A stretch of DNA of 64,000 bases from Microcoleus sp. (lineage in GTDB: Bacteria > Cyanobacteriota > Cyanobacteriia > Cyanobacteriales > Microcoleaceae), in NCBI GenBank assembly GCA_042408215.1, contig JAYFMW010000020.1, forward strand, positions 416,001 through 480,000, written 5' to 3'. This document shows, one piece after another, positions 38,389 to 48,357 of the stretch. Positions within the stretch are counted from its first letter, which is position 1. Each line of letters opens with the position of its first letter. A program made the translations under genes and the position numbers. A model generated the notes under the pieces. That model did not search any database and was not told where the DNA came from. It worked only from the letters and a program-made list of their open reading frames with translations.

Positions 38389-39687
38389 CTACCATTCTTC
38401 CAGTGCGATCGCAATTCCCTCTTTCAATCCCGGTTCGAGATTGTCTTGTTTCAATAAACTTTCTAATTGCTGTCTGGCCTCAACAGGATCTAGCTGTTTG
38501 AGCGCTGCCATGCAGTGCAGCCTGACGCTGTTGTCTGCATCCGCCAACATTGAAATCAGAGCGTCTAGCCCTCTCCTATCTCCTAATTTTCCTAACCCTA
38601 AAGCTAAAGATTTTTTGATTTGAGGCGAGTGCAGAGCCGGATGACGGGTTTTGATCCAATCCATCAGAATTGCAGCAGAAGAGGCTTTTAATTCCGGCTT
38701 TTCTACTCTCCCTAAAACAGTGACAATCTCTTGACAAGCCGTAGAGTTTATGTTAATAAATCGCGCAATTAAGGTTTGCTGCAAATAGTCTAAAGCGGTT
38801 GCAGTTTCCATCCAGCCTAAAGCCCGAACAGTTTCGATTTGCAATTCCAGCGGAGTTATTGGCGATCGCAATAATTCAAATAAAGCCGCCGCTGCTGCAT
38901 CGGTTTTCAGCCGTCCGAGCGTCATCGCAGCCTGGTGACAAACTTCTGCATGGAGGTCCCACAGCAAAGGTGACAGCAACTCAACTAAATCCCATTCTGG
39001 ATCCAAGTAAGCACGAACCCCCAGAGCTCGCGCAGCTTCTTTTCTAACTGCTGTCGCCGGATCTTTCAATGCTGCTATCAGTACCCCCGAAATGCGGATG
39101 TCGTGAAAGCTACTCAAGGCCTCGATCGCAGCCAACCGCACGGCTACTTGGGAGTCTCTGACTACACTTAACAGCGGTGGGATGGTTTCACTGTGCCGAA
39201 TTTGAGCAAGTGCTTCTGTTGCCAACAGTCGGGAATCTTTTGACAATAACAGAGTTGCTAGGGATGCTACTGCTGTCGGGCCCAAATTCCCTAGGGTTTC
39301 GGCTGCGATTTGACTCAATTCTTCGTCGGAATTTTTGACTAATTTTGCTAAAGCTTCAATCACTTCGGGGCGATCGAACTTTCCGAGGATGCGGGCCGCA
39401 AACCACCGCTGTTCCCTGTCTGCGTCTTCGTCTTCCAGAAGGGAAATTAAGGGTGCGATCGCCACTGTTCCCAGATTGGGCAATATTTTAGCAATTTCCC
39501 ACCGGTCTTCAAAATCGCCCGACTCTAAAACTTGTATTGCTAAACTTACAGCCAACTCTAAATTGACGGTTTCCGGCGGCTGCTGTCCCTTGAGTGGCAG
39601 TTGCTGCAAGCATTGGACCAGGGATGGCCAGTTTTGGCGATCGGCAGCGACTTGTGCTTGTTCTAAAATGTTAGACATAATATCCAA
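38389..39687 (-). CDS. HEAT-repeat (PBS lyase / NblB-like) protein
   Basis: Repeated VRLAAIEALS, VRKEAARALG and VRLHCMAAL units; GDFEDRWEIAK. Confidence 0.8.
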   Translation of the reverse strand: MDIMSNILEQAQVAADRQNWPSLVQCLQQLPLKGQQPPETVNLELAVSLAIQVLESGDFEDRWEIAKILPNLGTVAIAPLISLLEDEDADREQRWFAARILGKFDRPEVIEALAKLVKNSDEELSQIAAETLGNLGPTAVASLATLLLSKDSRLLATEALAQIRHSETIPPLLSVVRDSQVAVRLAAIEALSSFHDIRISGVLIAALKDPATAVRKEAARALGVRAYLDPEWDLVELLSPLLWDLHAEVCHQAAMTLGRLKTDAAAAALFELLRSPITPLELQIETVRALGWMETATALDYLQQTLIARFININSTACQEIVTVLGRVEKPELKASSAAILMDWIKTRHPALHSPQIKKSLALGLGKLGDRRGLDALISMLADADNSVRLHCMAALKQLDPVEARQQLESLLKQDNLEPGLKEGIAIALEEW

Positions 39688-39864
39688 TCATAAATTGTAG
39701 AGGCGGGTTGAGTTAGGGTCTATCTTATGAGCGAGCTAGCTGCTGCTTTCACCCGCCCTCACCCCATGTTATATTCATTTGTACCACTTACTTACCAATT
39801 GTCAATTACCAATTACCCCTCGTAACAAATAACCAATAACCAATAACAAATAACAAATAACAAA

Positions 39865-40731
39865 ATGAAAAAAGCTCTGTTTTTAGTAAACCAACACTCC
39901 CGAAAAGGGAAACAGCTATTATCTCAAGCCACAGCAGAATTACAAACACTGGGTTTTGAGCTAATAACAGAATCTACAGCCCACCCCCGCGACCTTCCCG
40001 ACACAATTCGGCGCTACCAAAATCAAGTTGAATTAGTCATAGTCGGCGGTGGCGACGGCACTCTCAATGCAGCCATAGAAGGTTTGCTCGATACTAAGTT
40101 ACCCTTGGGTATTTTGCCGATGGGAACTGCTAATGACCTAGCTCGCACTCTGGGAATTCCTACATCTTTACCGGAAGCTTGTCAAGTAATTGCCAACAAT
40201 CAAGTCCGACTGATAGATTTAGGTTGGGTAAACGGCAAGCATTTTTTTAATGTAGCAAGTTTAGGATTGAGCGTGCAAATTACCGAGCGGCTGACTAAAG
40301 AAGTGAAGCAGCGCTGGGGAGTTTTCGCTTATGCTTTCACTGCATTACAGGTACTTTGGTCAGCGCGACCTTTCCGAGCAGAAATTATGGTTAATCATCA
40401 ATCTTTTTATGTAAAAACTATTCAAATTGCTATTGGAAACGGTCGCTATTACGGCGGCGGCTTGACAGTTGCCGAGGATGCAAGAATAGACGATCGGCGA
40501 CTAGATTTGTACAGTTTGGAAATCAAAAATTGGTGGGAAATAATTGCTTTGCTGCCAGCAATGAGGCAAGGAAATCATTCCACTTTACCCAACGTTCGCA
40601 CCTGGGAAGCTCAAGAAATTGAAGTATATACTAGCAAACGCCGTCCGATTAATACCGACGGTGAAATCACAACTTACACCCCTGCAAAATTTCGAGTCAT
40701 TCCCAAAGCTTTAGCAGTTATAGCTCCCTAA
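39865..40731 (+). CDS. YegS/DAG-kinase family lipid kinase
   Basis: GGGDGT, PMGTANDLAR, GNGRYYGGG and TDGE motifs. Confidence 0.9.
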   Translation: MKKALFLVNQHSRKGKQLLSQATAELQTLGFELITESTAHPRDLPDTIRRYQNQVELVIVGGGDGTLNAAIEGLLDTKLPLGILPMGTANDLARTLGIPTSLPEACQVIANNQVRLIDLGWVNGKHFFNVASLGLSVQITERLTKEVKQRWGVFAYAFTALQVLWSARPFRAEIMVNHQSFYVKTIQIAIGNGRYYGGGLTVAEDARIDDRRLDLYSLEIKNWWEIIALLPAMRQGNHSTLPNVRTWEAQEIEVYTSKRRPINTDGEITTYTPAKFRVIPKALAVIAP

Positions 40732-40754
40732 TAACTCACCACTTATATATATTT

Positions 40755-41415
40755 GTGTTGTAGAACAGGCATCTTGCCTGTTCATATATTAGCCAGGTTC
40801 CTAGAGCAGCCACGTTCATATATTAGCCACGGGCAAGATGCCCGTGCCACAATTAATTGATCGCTCAATAAATTGTGTTGTGAAACAGGCATCTTGCCTG
40901 TTCCTATATGGGCAAGATGCCCGTGCCACAATTAATTAATCGCTCAATAAATTGTGTTGTGAAACAGGCATCTTGCCTGTTCCTATATGGGCAAGATGCC
41001 CGTGCCACAATTAATTGATCGCTCAATAAATTGTGTTGTGAAACAGGCATCTTGCCTGTTCCTATATGGGCAAGATGCCCGTGCCACAATTAATTGATCG
41101 CTCAATAAATTGTGTTGTGAAACAGGCATCTTGCCTGTTCCTATATGGGCAAGATGCCCGTGCCACAATTAATTGATCGCTCAATAAATTGTGTTGTGAA
41201 ACAGGCATCTTGCCTGTTCCTATATGGGCAAGATGCCCGTGCCACAATTAATTGATCGCTCAATAAATTGTGTTGTGAAACAGGCATCTTGCCTGTTCCT
41301 ATATGGGCAAGATGCCCGTGCCACAATTAATTGATCGCTCAATAAATTGTGTTGTGAAACAGGCATCTTGCCTGTTCCTATATCAGCCACGGGCAAGATG
41401 CCCGTGCCACAATCA
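40755..41415. repeat. Tandem array of a 79-bp REP-doublet unit (seven full copies plus partial ends)
   Basis: Units start at 40831, 40910, 40989, 41068, 41147, 41226 and 41305; each contains GGGCAAGATGCCC and ACAGGCATCTTGCCTGT palindromes. Confidence 0.95.
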
Positions 41416-41420
41416 ATCAA

Positions 41421-42986
41421 TTAATAATCGCCTCCAGCGCCATATTCCCAGGCTTCAATTAATCGGTGAAAGTAGTATTGCTGCTCCGGTGACAACTTTT
41501 GTACCTGCGGTTCTATGACTTTCCCCAAAGGTTGCAATCCCGTATAAATTCCTAAATTCACATAATGAACCATCCAATATAACAAATTAGCTATTCCCAC
41601 CTGCGGGATGATTTTCATAACTAATCCGGGATGGCTAATTGCTGTTTTAAAAAGCGTTTTGGATAAAGCTGGAAATAGCACTATATCCTGAAGAAATGGT
41701 TTAATAACTGGTTCTCCTAAATCTTCCATTACCTGAAATACGCTAGCCAAAAGTTGATTAATTTGATTGGGTTCTATTTTTTGATTGACAGCAGCACTCA
41801 TGGAACGCTGAAACAACCATGTAACTGATAGATTGGGCTGGTACGGTTGCAAAAGTGCGATCGCATTTTGACTGAGACTGTCGCTTGTCAAAGCTTCATC
41901 AATTCCCAGAGTCAAGCGTTTGAGGTGGCGCACCATTGCGCCGAATCCTCCGAAGCTGAGGGGAGATTGGCTCCCGCTACTGTCTCCGACTGGGAGAATG
42001 CGATCCCAGGGCGTTTTTAGCGGACTTTGGCGATAGCATGGAAAGAATCCGTAGAGCGCTCTTTGAAATTTTAGTTGGTTAAGTTCGACGTTTTGATATT
42101 GTGGTAGCAGTCGCAAATAGTCTTCAAATAATGTTTCTAAACTGAATCTTTCTGTGTCGGCGTCTAGGTAAGTAAATAGGTAAGTTGTGCGGCCATCTCG
42201 TGCGGGAAATGCTTCCCAAAAATATTGGCAATGATTTTGCATTGGGGTGAAGGATGCAAATATATCGCCGGTGTCGTTTTTGGGGAATCCTTGAGCGCAA
42301 CTACCGACTACTAAACACACGGCGTCGGGTTTTTTTCCTTGTCTTGCTTGTCGCACAATGGGGGAAAAGTGTCCCATTGCGTCTAGTAATAATCGGGTTT
42401 TAAATAAATTTTTAGCTGCTTGTGAATCTGTAGTTAAAGATTCTACTGCGACTCCATCTGGGTGAATTGTTGCTGTATGAAATGGTGTATTTTCAAATAG
42501 TTTGCCTCCGGCTTGGAGGAATCGCTGTTTGAGGGTTTCGAGGAGGTAAACTGGGTCTATGCCGATGTTTAGTACGTCGCGTACCCAGATATCGGGGGTG
42601 TTGGGAAAGCTGATGCGGGCTGGGTTGTATTCGGTAGCAACTGCTTTTTCGATCTCTGCAACCGATAGCAAATTTAGTTCTACGAATGCGTCTAATTCTT
42701 TGCGAGAAATGTTCCATTCTTGCTCGCGCCCGCGCAGTGTACCGCGTTCGAGTAACGCAACTCGCCAACCCCGCACGGCTAAGGCGGTACCGATTAATAT
42801 TCCGAGGGTGCCGCCACTGATAACTATGTCGAAATCGAGGGTTTCGAGGGGTTGTGGGCTGTGTTTTACAGATTCGGGTACGGGTGCGGTGTTTTGTTTG
42901 AGGTTTTCCCAGAGTCGATCGACCTTTCGTAAGCCTCCGAGGGCATCTCCCGGTAGTTGGGAGAGAATTTGTTCGGTGAGAGACAT
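41421..42986 (-). CDS. cruP: FAD-dependent oxidoreductase of the CruA/CruP lycopene-cyclase family (CruP-like)
   Basis: GGTLGI, GREQEWNISR, LDAMGHFSPI, YFWEAFP and QSPLSFGGFG motifs. Confidence 0.75.
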   Translation of the reverse strand: MSLTEQILSQLPGDALGGLRKVDRLWENLKQNTAPVPESVKHSPQPLETLDFDIVISGGTLGILIGTALAVRGWRVALLERGTLRGREQEWNISRKELDAFVELNLLSVAEIEKAVATEYNPARISFPNTPDIWVRDVLNIGIDPVYLLETLKQRFLQAGGKLFENTPFHTATIHPDGVAVESLTTDSQAAKNLFKTRLLLDAMGHFSPIVRQARQGKKPDAVCLVVGSCAQGFPKNDTGDIFASFTPMQNHCQYFWEAFPARDGRTTYLFTYLDADTERFSLETLFEDYLRLLPQYQNVELNQLKFQRALYGFFPCYRQSPLKTPWDRILPVGDSSGSQSPLSFGGFGAMVRHLKRLTLGIDEALTSDSLSQNAIALLQPYQPNLSVTWLFQRSMSAAVNQKIEPNQINQLLASVFQVMEDLGEPVIKPFLQDIVLFPALSKTLFKTAISHPGLVMKIIPQVGIANLLYWMVHYVNLGIYTGLQPLGKVIEPQVQKLSPEQQYYFHRLIEAWEYGAGGDY

Positions 42987-43086
42987 CGGTTTTAATATTA
43001 CTTTATCTTAATTTTATGCCGTCTCAACAAAATACGATCGCCATTTTTCCAAAAAGAGCGATCGTACTTTGTTATTTGTCGGAGAG

Positions 43087-43368
43087 TTAACTCTCAGTTG
43101 CAGAAAGGCTTACTTCTTCAACTTGTAGCCTCGCGCACAAAATGCGATCGCACATAATTGCACCCGCCTCCACACTTTTGCAAACTTCCAACTGAGCTTC
43201 GGGTAGCGCTTCAAACAATAAACATTCCCCCGGAAACACCGTCCGTTCAAAATACCAATTAGGAATGTTGGTAATTCTAGCAATTTGAATTTTGCTACTT
43301 GTATTTATATACCAGCAAAGAATTCGCATTGCAGGATCAGAAATTACCTCAGTGATTGTTGAAATCAT
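43087..43368 (-). CDS. DUF1830-like cyanobacterial small protein
   Basis: ILCWYINTSSKIQIARI..YFERTVFPG..LLFEA pattern. Confidence 0.8.
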   Translation of the reverse strand: MISTITEVISDPAMRILCWYINTSSKIQIARITNIPNWYFERTVFPGECLLFEALPEAQLEVCKSVEAGAIMCDRILCARLQVEEVSLSATES

Positions 43369-43500
43369 ATTTTTAACTGGCAGAGTGAAATCGTGTATTT
43401 TTGGGAGCCATCTTACTCTTCTAAATATAGCAGAAAACCATTTTTCTGCTATGGCCAGAGCATTTTTTCGCTGGATTAATCAAGTTCGCCTCCAATATCC

Positions 43501-43719
43501 TCATAAAGCCGATGAAAAAGGTTCAAGTCCTAAAGAACAAGCCGGCCATCCGCCTCTCACAGGTGCGTTCAGCAATTGACAGTTACCTGCTGATCCCCTC
43601 TGAAATTCGTAGTGACGGCAAAAACTACATTTAGAAGTAGATTTTTTGCCCATCTCACCAATCGTAAGGTTGAGTTGGCTGTGGGGTGCTGGGCGCTCTA
43701 AAATTTGAGTGTTCATCAA
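43501..43719 (-). CDS. Small Cys-rich hypothetical protein
   Basis: CSFCRHY..GNCQLL..WPAC, four spaced Cys residues; ATG start. Confidence 0.65.
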   Translation of the reverse strand: MMNTQILERPAPHSQLNLTIGEMGKKSTSKCSFCRHYEFQRGSAGNCQLLNAPVRGGWPACSLGLEPFSSAL

Positions 43720-43944
43720 ATCGCTTTTTATATCTTCGCTCTCAAGTATGACAGTCAGATATTTGCGGGCGCGTCTATCCCAAGGCTTAGTTAACCTTGG
43801 TAATATCTTTAGGGAGCGTTACAAATTATATCAATTTCTATCTAAAAAGTCTAGGGATCAATTAAATATCTCTTCATCTCAGCCGCTGACAATGGCTGAG
43901 TCCGGGCTGCCCCGTGCCGATTTTTACTACCTATAAGGATACAC

Positions 43945-45279
43945 CTAATTATCCTCCCCTAGCTTGCTAAACAAAGTCGATAAAATTGTATTGGAGAATA
44001 AAAAACCTTCTGGATCGCTCAACCTCAGATGGCCCGACCTCGGCGGCTTTTCACCCTCTCTTAAAGTTGCGCGAACTCCGTCCGATCGCACAATTTCCAC
44101 CCATCCTTGCCGCCAGTAAGGCTGTAAACACTGCCAAATTCGATCGACCGTTTTTTGACCGAACCGATCGGCGAGCCCAGACCAACTCAGCCCGGATGCT
44201 AAACGCAAACCCAGCATCAGCGTTTCTAACAAAACTGCATTTTCCGACATTGGCAAATCTGGCTGGCTTTCCCCAAGCTGGTTTGGGGAATTTCGAGCCG
44301 AGAGCTCCCGCACCCATTGATAATATTCTTGAGTTTTGCGAGGCCTTGTCAACCGCACCCCCTGCACGTAACTTGCCGCCCCCATTCCCAACCCGTAATA
44401 AGCGCGATTTTCCCAATAAACGCGGTTGTGGCGACACTGATGGCCCGATCGAGCGTAATTAGAAATCTCGTAATGTTCGTATCCCGCACCTGTCAGAATT
44501 TCCCGCGCCAAACGATACATTTGAGCAGCGGTTTCATCCGCAGGAAGCGGCTGTGCACCTGCTTGAAAGTATCGACCAAAAGCAGTTACAGGTTCAATAA
44601 CTAAGTCGTAACACGACAGGTGAGTCGGGGAAATTTCCACCGCCGATTCTAGGGAAGCTTGCCACTGTGTTAAAGTTTGGTGTGGCAGTCCCGAAATTAG
44701 GTCTAAACTGAAATTGACAATATTAGCCGATCGAATGATCTCCACTGCTGCAAAAATTTCCGCGACAGAATGCGATCGCCCGCAAGAGAGCAACAATTCA
44801 TCCTGAAAAGCTTGCGTACCCAAACTAACTCGATTTACCCCAGCCGCCACATATCCTCGCAACTGTTCTAAATTAAACGTACCCGGATCTATTTCGAGGG
44901 AAATTTCCGCCTCAGCAGCAATCCCAAATTGGCGATCGAGAGTTTCTAAAATATTGCTCAACTGACTCACCGAAAGCAGCGAAGGCGTCCCGCCACCAAA
45001 AAAAACCGTGTTCAGGGATTCCCCTAAATTTGGCGTTTCCTGAATTTCCTGACATAGCACGTCTACATATTGCACAATCGTGCCTGAATTCTCGCCATTT
45101 TTGCGATCGCCCACCACAAACACCGGAAAATCGCAGTAGTAGCAGCGACGACGACAAAAAGGTATGTGTAGGTAAGCCGAACTGGGAACACCGGAATTTG
45201 CCACTTGCGAACCAGTCTCCAATTCAAATGTTAAATAATCTGTGGTAATGCTCATCACATTTAATTGGGAAATTGACAC
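43945..45279 (-). CDS. hemW: Radical SAM heme chaperone HemW (HemN-like)
   Basis: YLHIPFCRRRCYYCDF, FFGGGTPS, HYEISNYA and HNRVYW motifs; start uncertain. Confidence 0.9.
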   Translation of the reverse strand: MSISQLNVMSITTDYLTFELETGSQVANSGVPSSAYLHIPFCRRRCYYCDFPVFVVGDRKNGENSGTIVQYVDVLCQEIQETPNLGESLNTVFFGGGTPSLLSVSQLSNILETLDRQFGIAAEAEISLEIDPGTFNLEQLRGYVAAGVNRVSLGTQAFQDELLLSCGRSHSVAEIFAAVEIIRSANIVNFSLDLISGLPHQTLTQWQASLESAVEISPTHLSCYDLVIEPVTAFGRYFQAGAQPLPADETAAQMYRLAREILTGAGYEHYEISNYARSGHQCRHNRVYWENRAYYGLGMGAASYVQGVRLTRPRKTQEYYQWVRELSARNSPNQLGESQPDLPMSENAVLLETLMLGLRLASGLSWSGLADRFGQKTVDRIWQCLQPYWRQGWVEIVRSDGVRATLREGEKPPRSGHLRLSDPEGFLFSNTILSTLFSKLGEDN

Positions 45280-45632
45280 TTCAAACCTTTAATTTTCATT
45301 AAATCATGATTAATTTTTATGAATTTTTTGAGGTAATTTCACCAACATCGCCCAGGGAGCGATCGGCTCTTTCAGTTTAACCGCAACAGTTGTTGCGTCG
45401 GCAGCAATTCCTGAAATTACCGCTCCCTCGGCCGTTGGTAGCAATGGAGCAGCTCGCTATGGCTGGTGGAATGCTGAGCACTGCGGGCGATCGCACGAGC
45501 CCGTAAGCGTGCAACGAAAGAAAAATAACTTTATGAAAATCCGCCAGTACAGATAGAGATATCCGATCGCAACTTAGGAAAAACTCTTAGCACCGGAAAG
45601 ATATAATGTAAACAAATTCATTGGTCAGAAAA

Positions 45633-46712
45633 ATGCTAGATGCAATCATAATTATCTCATTCATCATCGCAGGGGGTGGGATCGGCTATTACGGAGTCGA
45701 GCTCCTACCGACCAACCTCCTAGAGCAAGTCACCAACATAGAAGGTTTGAGCTCCGTACTCGGCTCTTTTGGGGCATTAATTGGCTTCGTGCTCGGATTA
45801 GTGGCTCAAACCACCTACCGGCGCGTCGAAAAACAATTCCGGGATATGCCCGTAGAAATGCTGCTCACGCGGGCGATCGGCTTAATCATCGGACTACTCG
45901 TAGCCAACCTGATGCTCGCCCCACTATTCCTCCTGCCAATTCCCCGCGAGTTTGGCTTCATCAAACCCCTAGTCGCAGTTTTAGGTAGCGTCATGTTCGG
46001 CTTCACAGGCGTCAACTTGACAGACACTCACGGCCGAGCTTTCTTACGACTGATCAACCCCAAAAGCTTAGACACAGTGTTGGTAGCCGAAGGCATATTC
46101 AAGCCAGCCGCCGCCAAAGTTGTCGATACAAGCTGCATCATAGACGGACGAATTGAAAACCTACTAGAAACAGGTTTCCTAGAAGGTCAAATTATCGTGC
46201 CCCAATTCGTTCTCCAAGAATTGCAACTAATAGCTGATTCCGCCAACGACCAAAAACGGGTACGAGGACGGCGCGGCTTAGATATTCTCAACCGCATCAA
46301 AGAAACTTATCCAGAACGGATTCAAATTCACTCCGCTGACTACGAAGATATTGCTACAGTCGATGCCAAATTAGTCCGCTTTGCTTTGGATATCGACGGC
46401 ATTCTGCTAACCAACGATTACAATTTATCCAAAGTAGCTACCGTACAAAAACTGCCAGTTTTAAATATTAACGATTTGACTCATGCAGTGCGTCCGACTT
46501 ATTTACCCGGAGACACCATCGAACTCAAAATCCGCAAAGAAGGCAAGGAACCATCTCAAGGAATTGGCTACTTGGATGACGGCACAATGGTTGTCGTCGA
46601 AGCCGGCAGCAGCTACGTCGGCGGCGAAGCCAGAGTTGTAGTCACAAGCGCTTTGCAAACAACCGCAGGCAGAATGATTTTTGCCCGCCCTCAAGAATCC
46701 GTCATTGTTTGA
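45633..46712 (+). CDS. Membrane PIN/TRAM-domain protein (YacL-like)
   Basis: Four TMs; DTSCIIDGRI, RGRRGLDIL, TNDYNL, GYLDDGTMVVV and LQTTAGRMIF motifs. Confidence 0.92.
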   Translation: MLDAIIIISFIIAGGGIGYYGVELLPTNLLEQVTNIEGLSSVLGSFGALIGFVLGLVAQTTYRRVEKQFRDMPVEMLLTRAIGLIIGLLVANLMLAPLFLLPIPREFGFIKPLVAVLGSVMFGFTGVNLTDTHGRAFLRLINPKSLDTVLVAEGIFKPAAAKVVDTSCIIDGRIENLLETGFLEGQIIVPQFVLQELQLIADSANDQKRVRGRRGLDILNRIKETYPERIQIHSADYEDIATVDAKLVRFALDIDGILLTNDYNLSKVATVQKLPVLNINDLTHAVRPTYLPGDTIELKIRKEGKEPSQGIGYLDDGTMVVVEAGSSYVGGEARVVVTSALQTTAGRMIFARPQESVIV

Positions 46713-46724
46713 AATTCACTAAAA

Positions 46725-46919
46725 ATGGCCAGAGCAATTAGAATTAAATATTGCGATCGCTGTTCCCAATCTGCCTCGACTCTCTACCGCGCCCGGTACG
46801 ACGAGTCGGGGCAGTGTTTTTTTCTATGTCTTAACTCTTGGGAATCCGTAATTAAAAATAATCCTTTTTACAAGGCGGCACTTGGAAAGCTAAAAAGAAA
46901 AGCAGTCAGTAGTTATTAG
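46725..46919 (+). pseudogene. Small Cys-containing cyanobacterial protein, probably frameshifted near its 3' end
   Basis: CDRC..LYR..NNPFY; the GGTWKAKK tail that I recall from homologues is encoded in another frame (GGCGGCACTTGGAAAGCT near 46874). Confidence 0.55.
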
Positions 46920-47094
46920 TTATTAGTTATTAGTTATTAGTTATTAGTTATTTGTTTAGGACTTACGCACAGACTCTACTTGTAGGGTGCGCCCATCAGC
47001 ACCTTACTACTACAATACCCAGAGCCCCGACAACTTCTGCGAAGTCGGGGCTCTAACAGCGAGATCGTTCTACGTTTAATTAAGTTGATCTACT

Positions 47095-47209
47095 TATAGC
47101 GGTTCTCAAGAAAGTGAGGTATGCCCTATGCCCTATGCCCTATGCCCTATGCCCTATGCCCTATGCCCTATGCACGTCGGGCACCGCACTGTTACTGAGA
47201 AAGGCTATA
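47095..47209. mobile_element. MITE-like element with (CTATGCC)n core
   Basis: TATAGCGGTTCTCA...TGAGAAAGGCTATA. Confidence 0.75.
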
Positions 47210-47765
47210 CATCTTCATATATTGCCTCGATCGCACATTTAAAATTAACAGTAGCCAACTCAACTTCTTCCCCTGGACTGTAAGGATGAAGCACCCACAA
47301 ACCCTCGGCATTCCGGCGAAAACACTCGACACCAACTCTTTCTTGATTGATTAATACATATTCTTCTAAAGTTTCACACTTGCGGTAATCTGCAAACTTG
47401 TCACCTCTATCAAAAGCCGCTGTTGTCGGCGATAAAACTTCCACAATTAAGCGCGGGTAGCGAATGAAATCTTCCGCAGCATTTTTGTCCCGTTCATCAC
47501 AACTCACCGCTACATCGGGATAGTAATAACAATCTGCTGCCTCAATCCGAACTTTCATGTCTGCCATGTAAGGTATGCAGCCACTTCCCCGAAGATGGTT
47601 TCTGAGCAAAGTTGCTACGTTGAGAGTAATAATAACATGAGCTTTGCTTGCCCCTGCCATTGCATAGATTTCGCCTTGTCTGTACTCGTGTTTGATCGGG
47701 CTGACTCTCTCGCCTGCTAAATAGTCTTCGGGAGAGACGTAGGTGTAGCTTTTACTTGCAGTCAT
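47205..47765 (-). CDS. Uma2 family (DUF820) endonuclease
   Basis: KHEY..GEIYAMAG, YYPDV and IVEVLSPTTAAFDRGDKF motifs. Confidence 0.92.
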   Translation of the reverse strand: MTASKSYTYVSPEDYLAGERVSPIKHEYRQGEIYAMAGASKAHVIITLNVATLLRNHLRGSGCIPYMADMKVRIEAADCYYYPDVAVSCDERDKNAAEDFIRYPRLIVEVLSPTTAAFDRGDKFADYRKCETLEEYVLINQERVGVECFRRNAEGLWVLHPYSPGEEVELATVNFKCAIEAIYEDV

Positions 47766-47994
47766 AAAATTTTGAGGTTGGGGAGGATTTCACAATTATA
47801 GTCGATCGGCTCAAAGTCATTTTTTCAGGCAGATTTGCTATAACTTCCTTCCAGCCTAATATAATAGATATCTCCAGCAAAACCATTCAAGGGCAGGCTT
47901 TGGGTCTCCCCCACAAGAATTGTTGGAGAAGTCGAATGTATAAAGCCTTGCCTTTAGCAAAAACCAACGCGAGAGTTTAAGGAAAATAAATTCC

Positions 47995-48351
47995 ATGTCC
48001 AATGCAATCATGGTAATTTTTCCCCATCGGGAACAATACACCTGGGTTTTTGACGACGATAAAGTCGGACTTGTGCGGGAACCGTTTGTTCAGGGCGTCC
48101 CCGAAATGATAGATGTCCTTGTCGCAGACATCCCCAATGCCGAAAAAGGTTTTCGACTGTTATTTTCAGCAACACCTTTTCCCGGATATCAAGCAGAAAT
48201 GGTGTTGTTAAGAGAAGAATACGGCGGCAACTGGTACCGGTGGGAATCGAAAAATATGGAAGGCTGGCTGTGTCCGGCTATGTTCAAATATTTTACCCAA
48301 GCACCGCCCAAGTTGTACTGCCAAGCCGAACAAATTAAACCATTAACATAA
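47995..48351 (+). CDS. Conserved hypothetical protein (DUF6717-like)
   Basis: WVFDD..GLVREPFV.G, LLFS..PFPG and GWLCPA pattern. Confidence 0.75.
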   Translation: MSNAIMVIFPHREQYTWVFDDDKVGLVREPFVQGVPEMIDVLVADIPNAEKGFRLLFSATPFPGYQAEMVLLREEYGGNWYRWESKNMEGWLCPAMFKYFTQAPPKLYCQAEQIKPLT

Positions 48352-48357
48352 CAGTCC

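Noticed and set aside
40831..41415. Possible CRISPR array, and the repeated 61-aa ORFs at 40904-41420
   Set aside because: The intervening sequences are identical rather than unique spacers, there are no cas genes, and the ORFs are by-products of the 79-bp periodicity
45300..45620. GC-rich intergenic stretch as a possible ncRNA or riboswitch
   Set aside because: I could not identify a known motif or convincing long stems by eye
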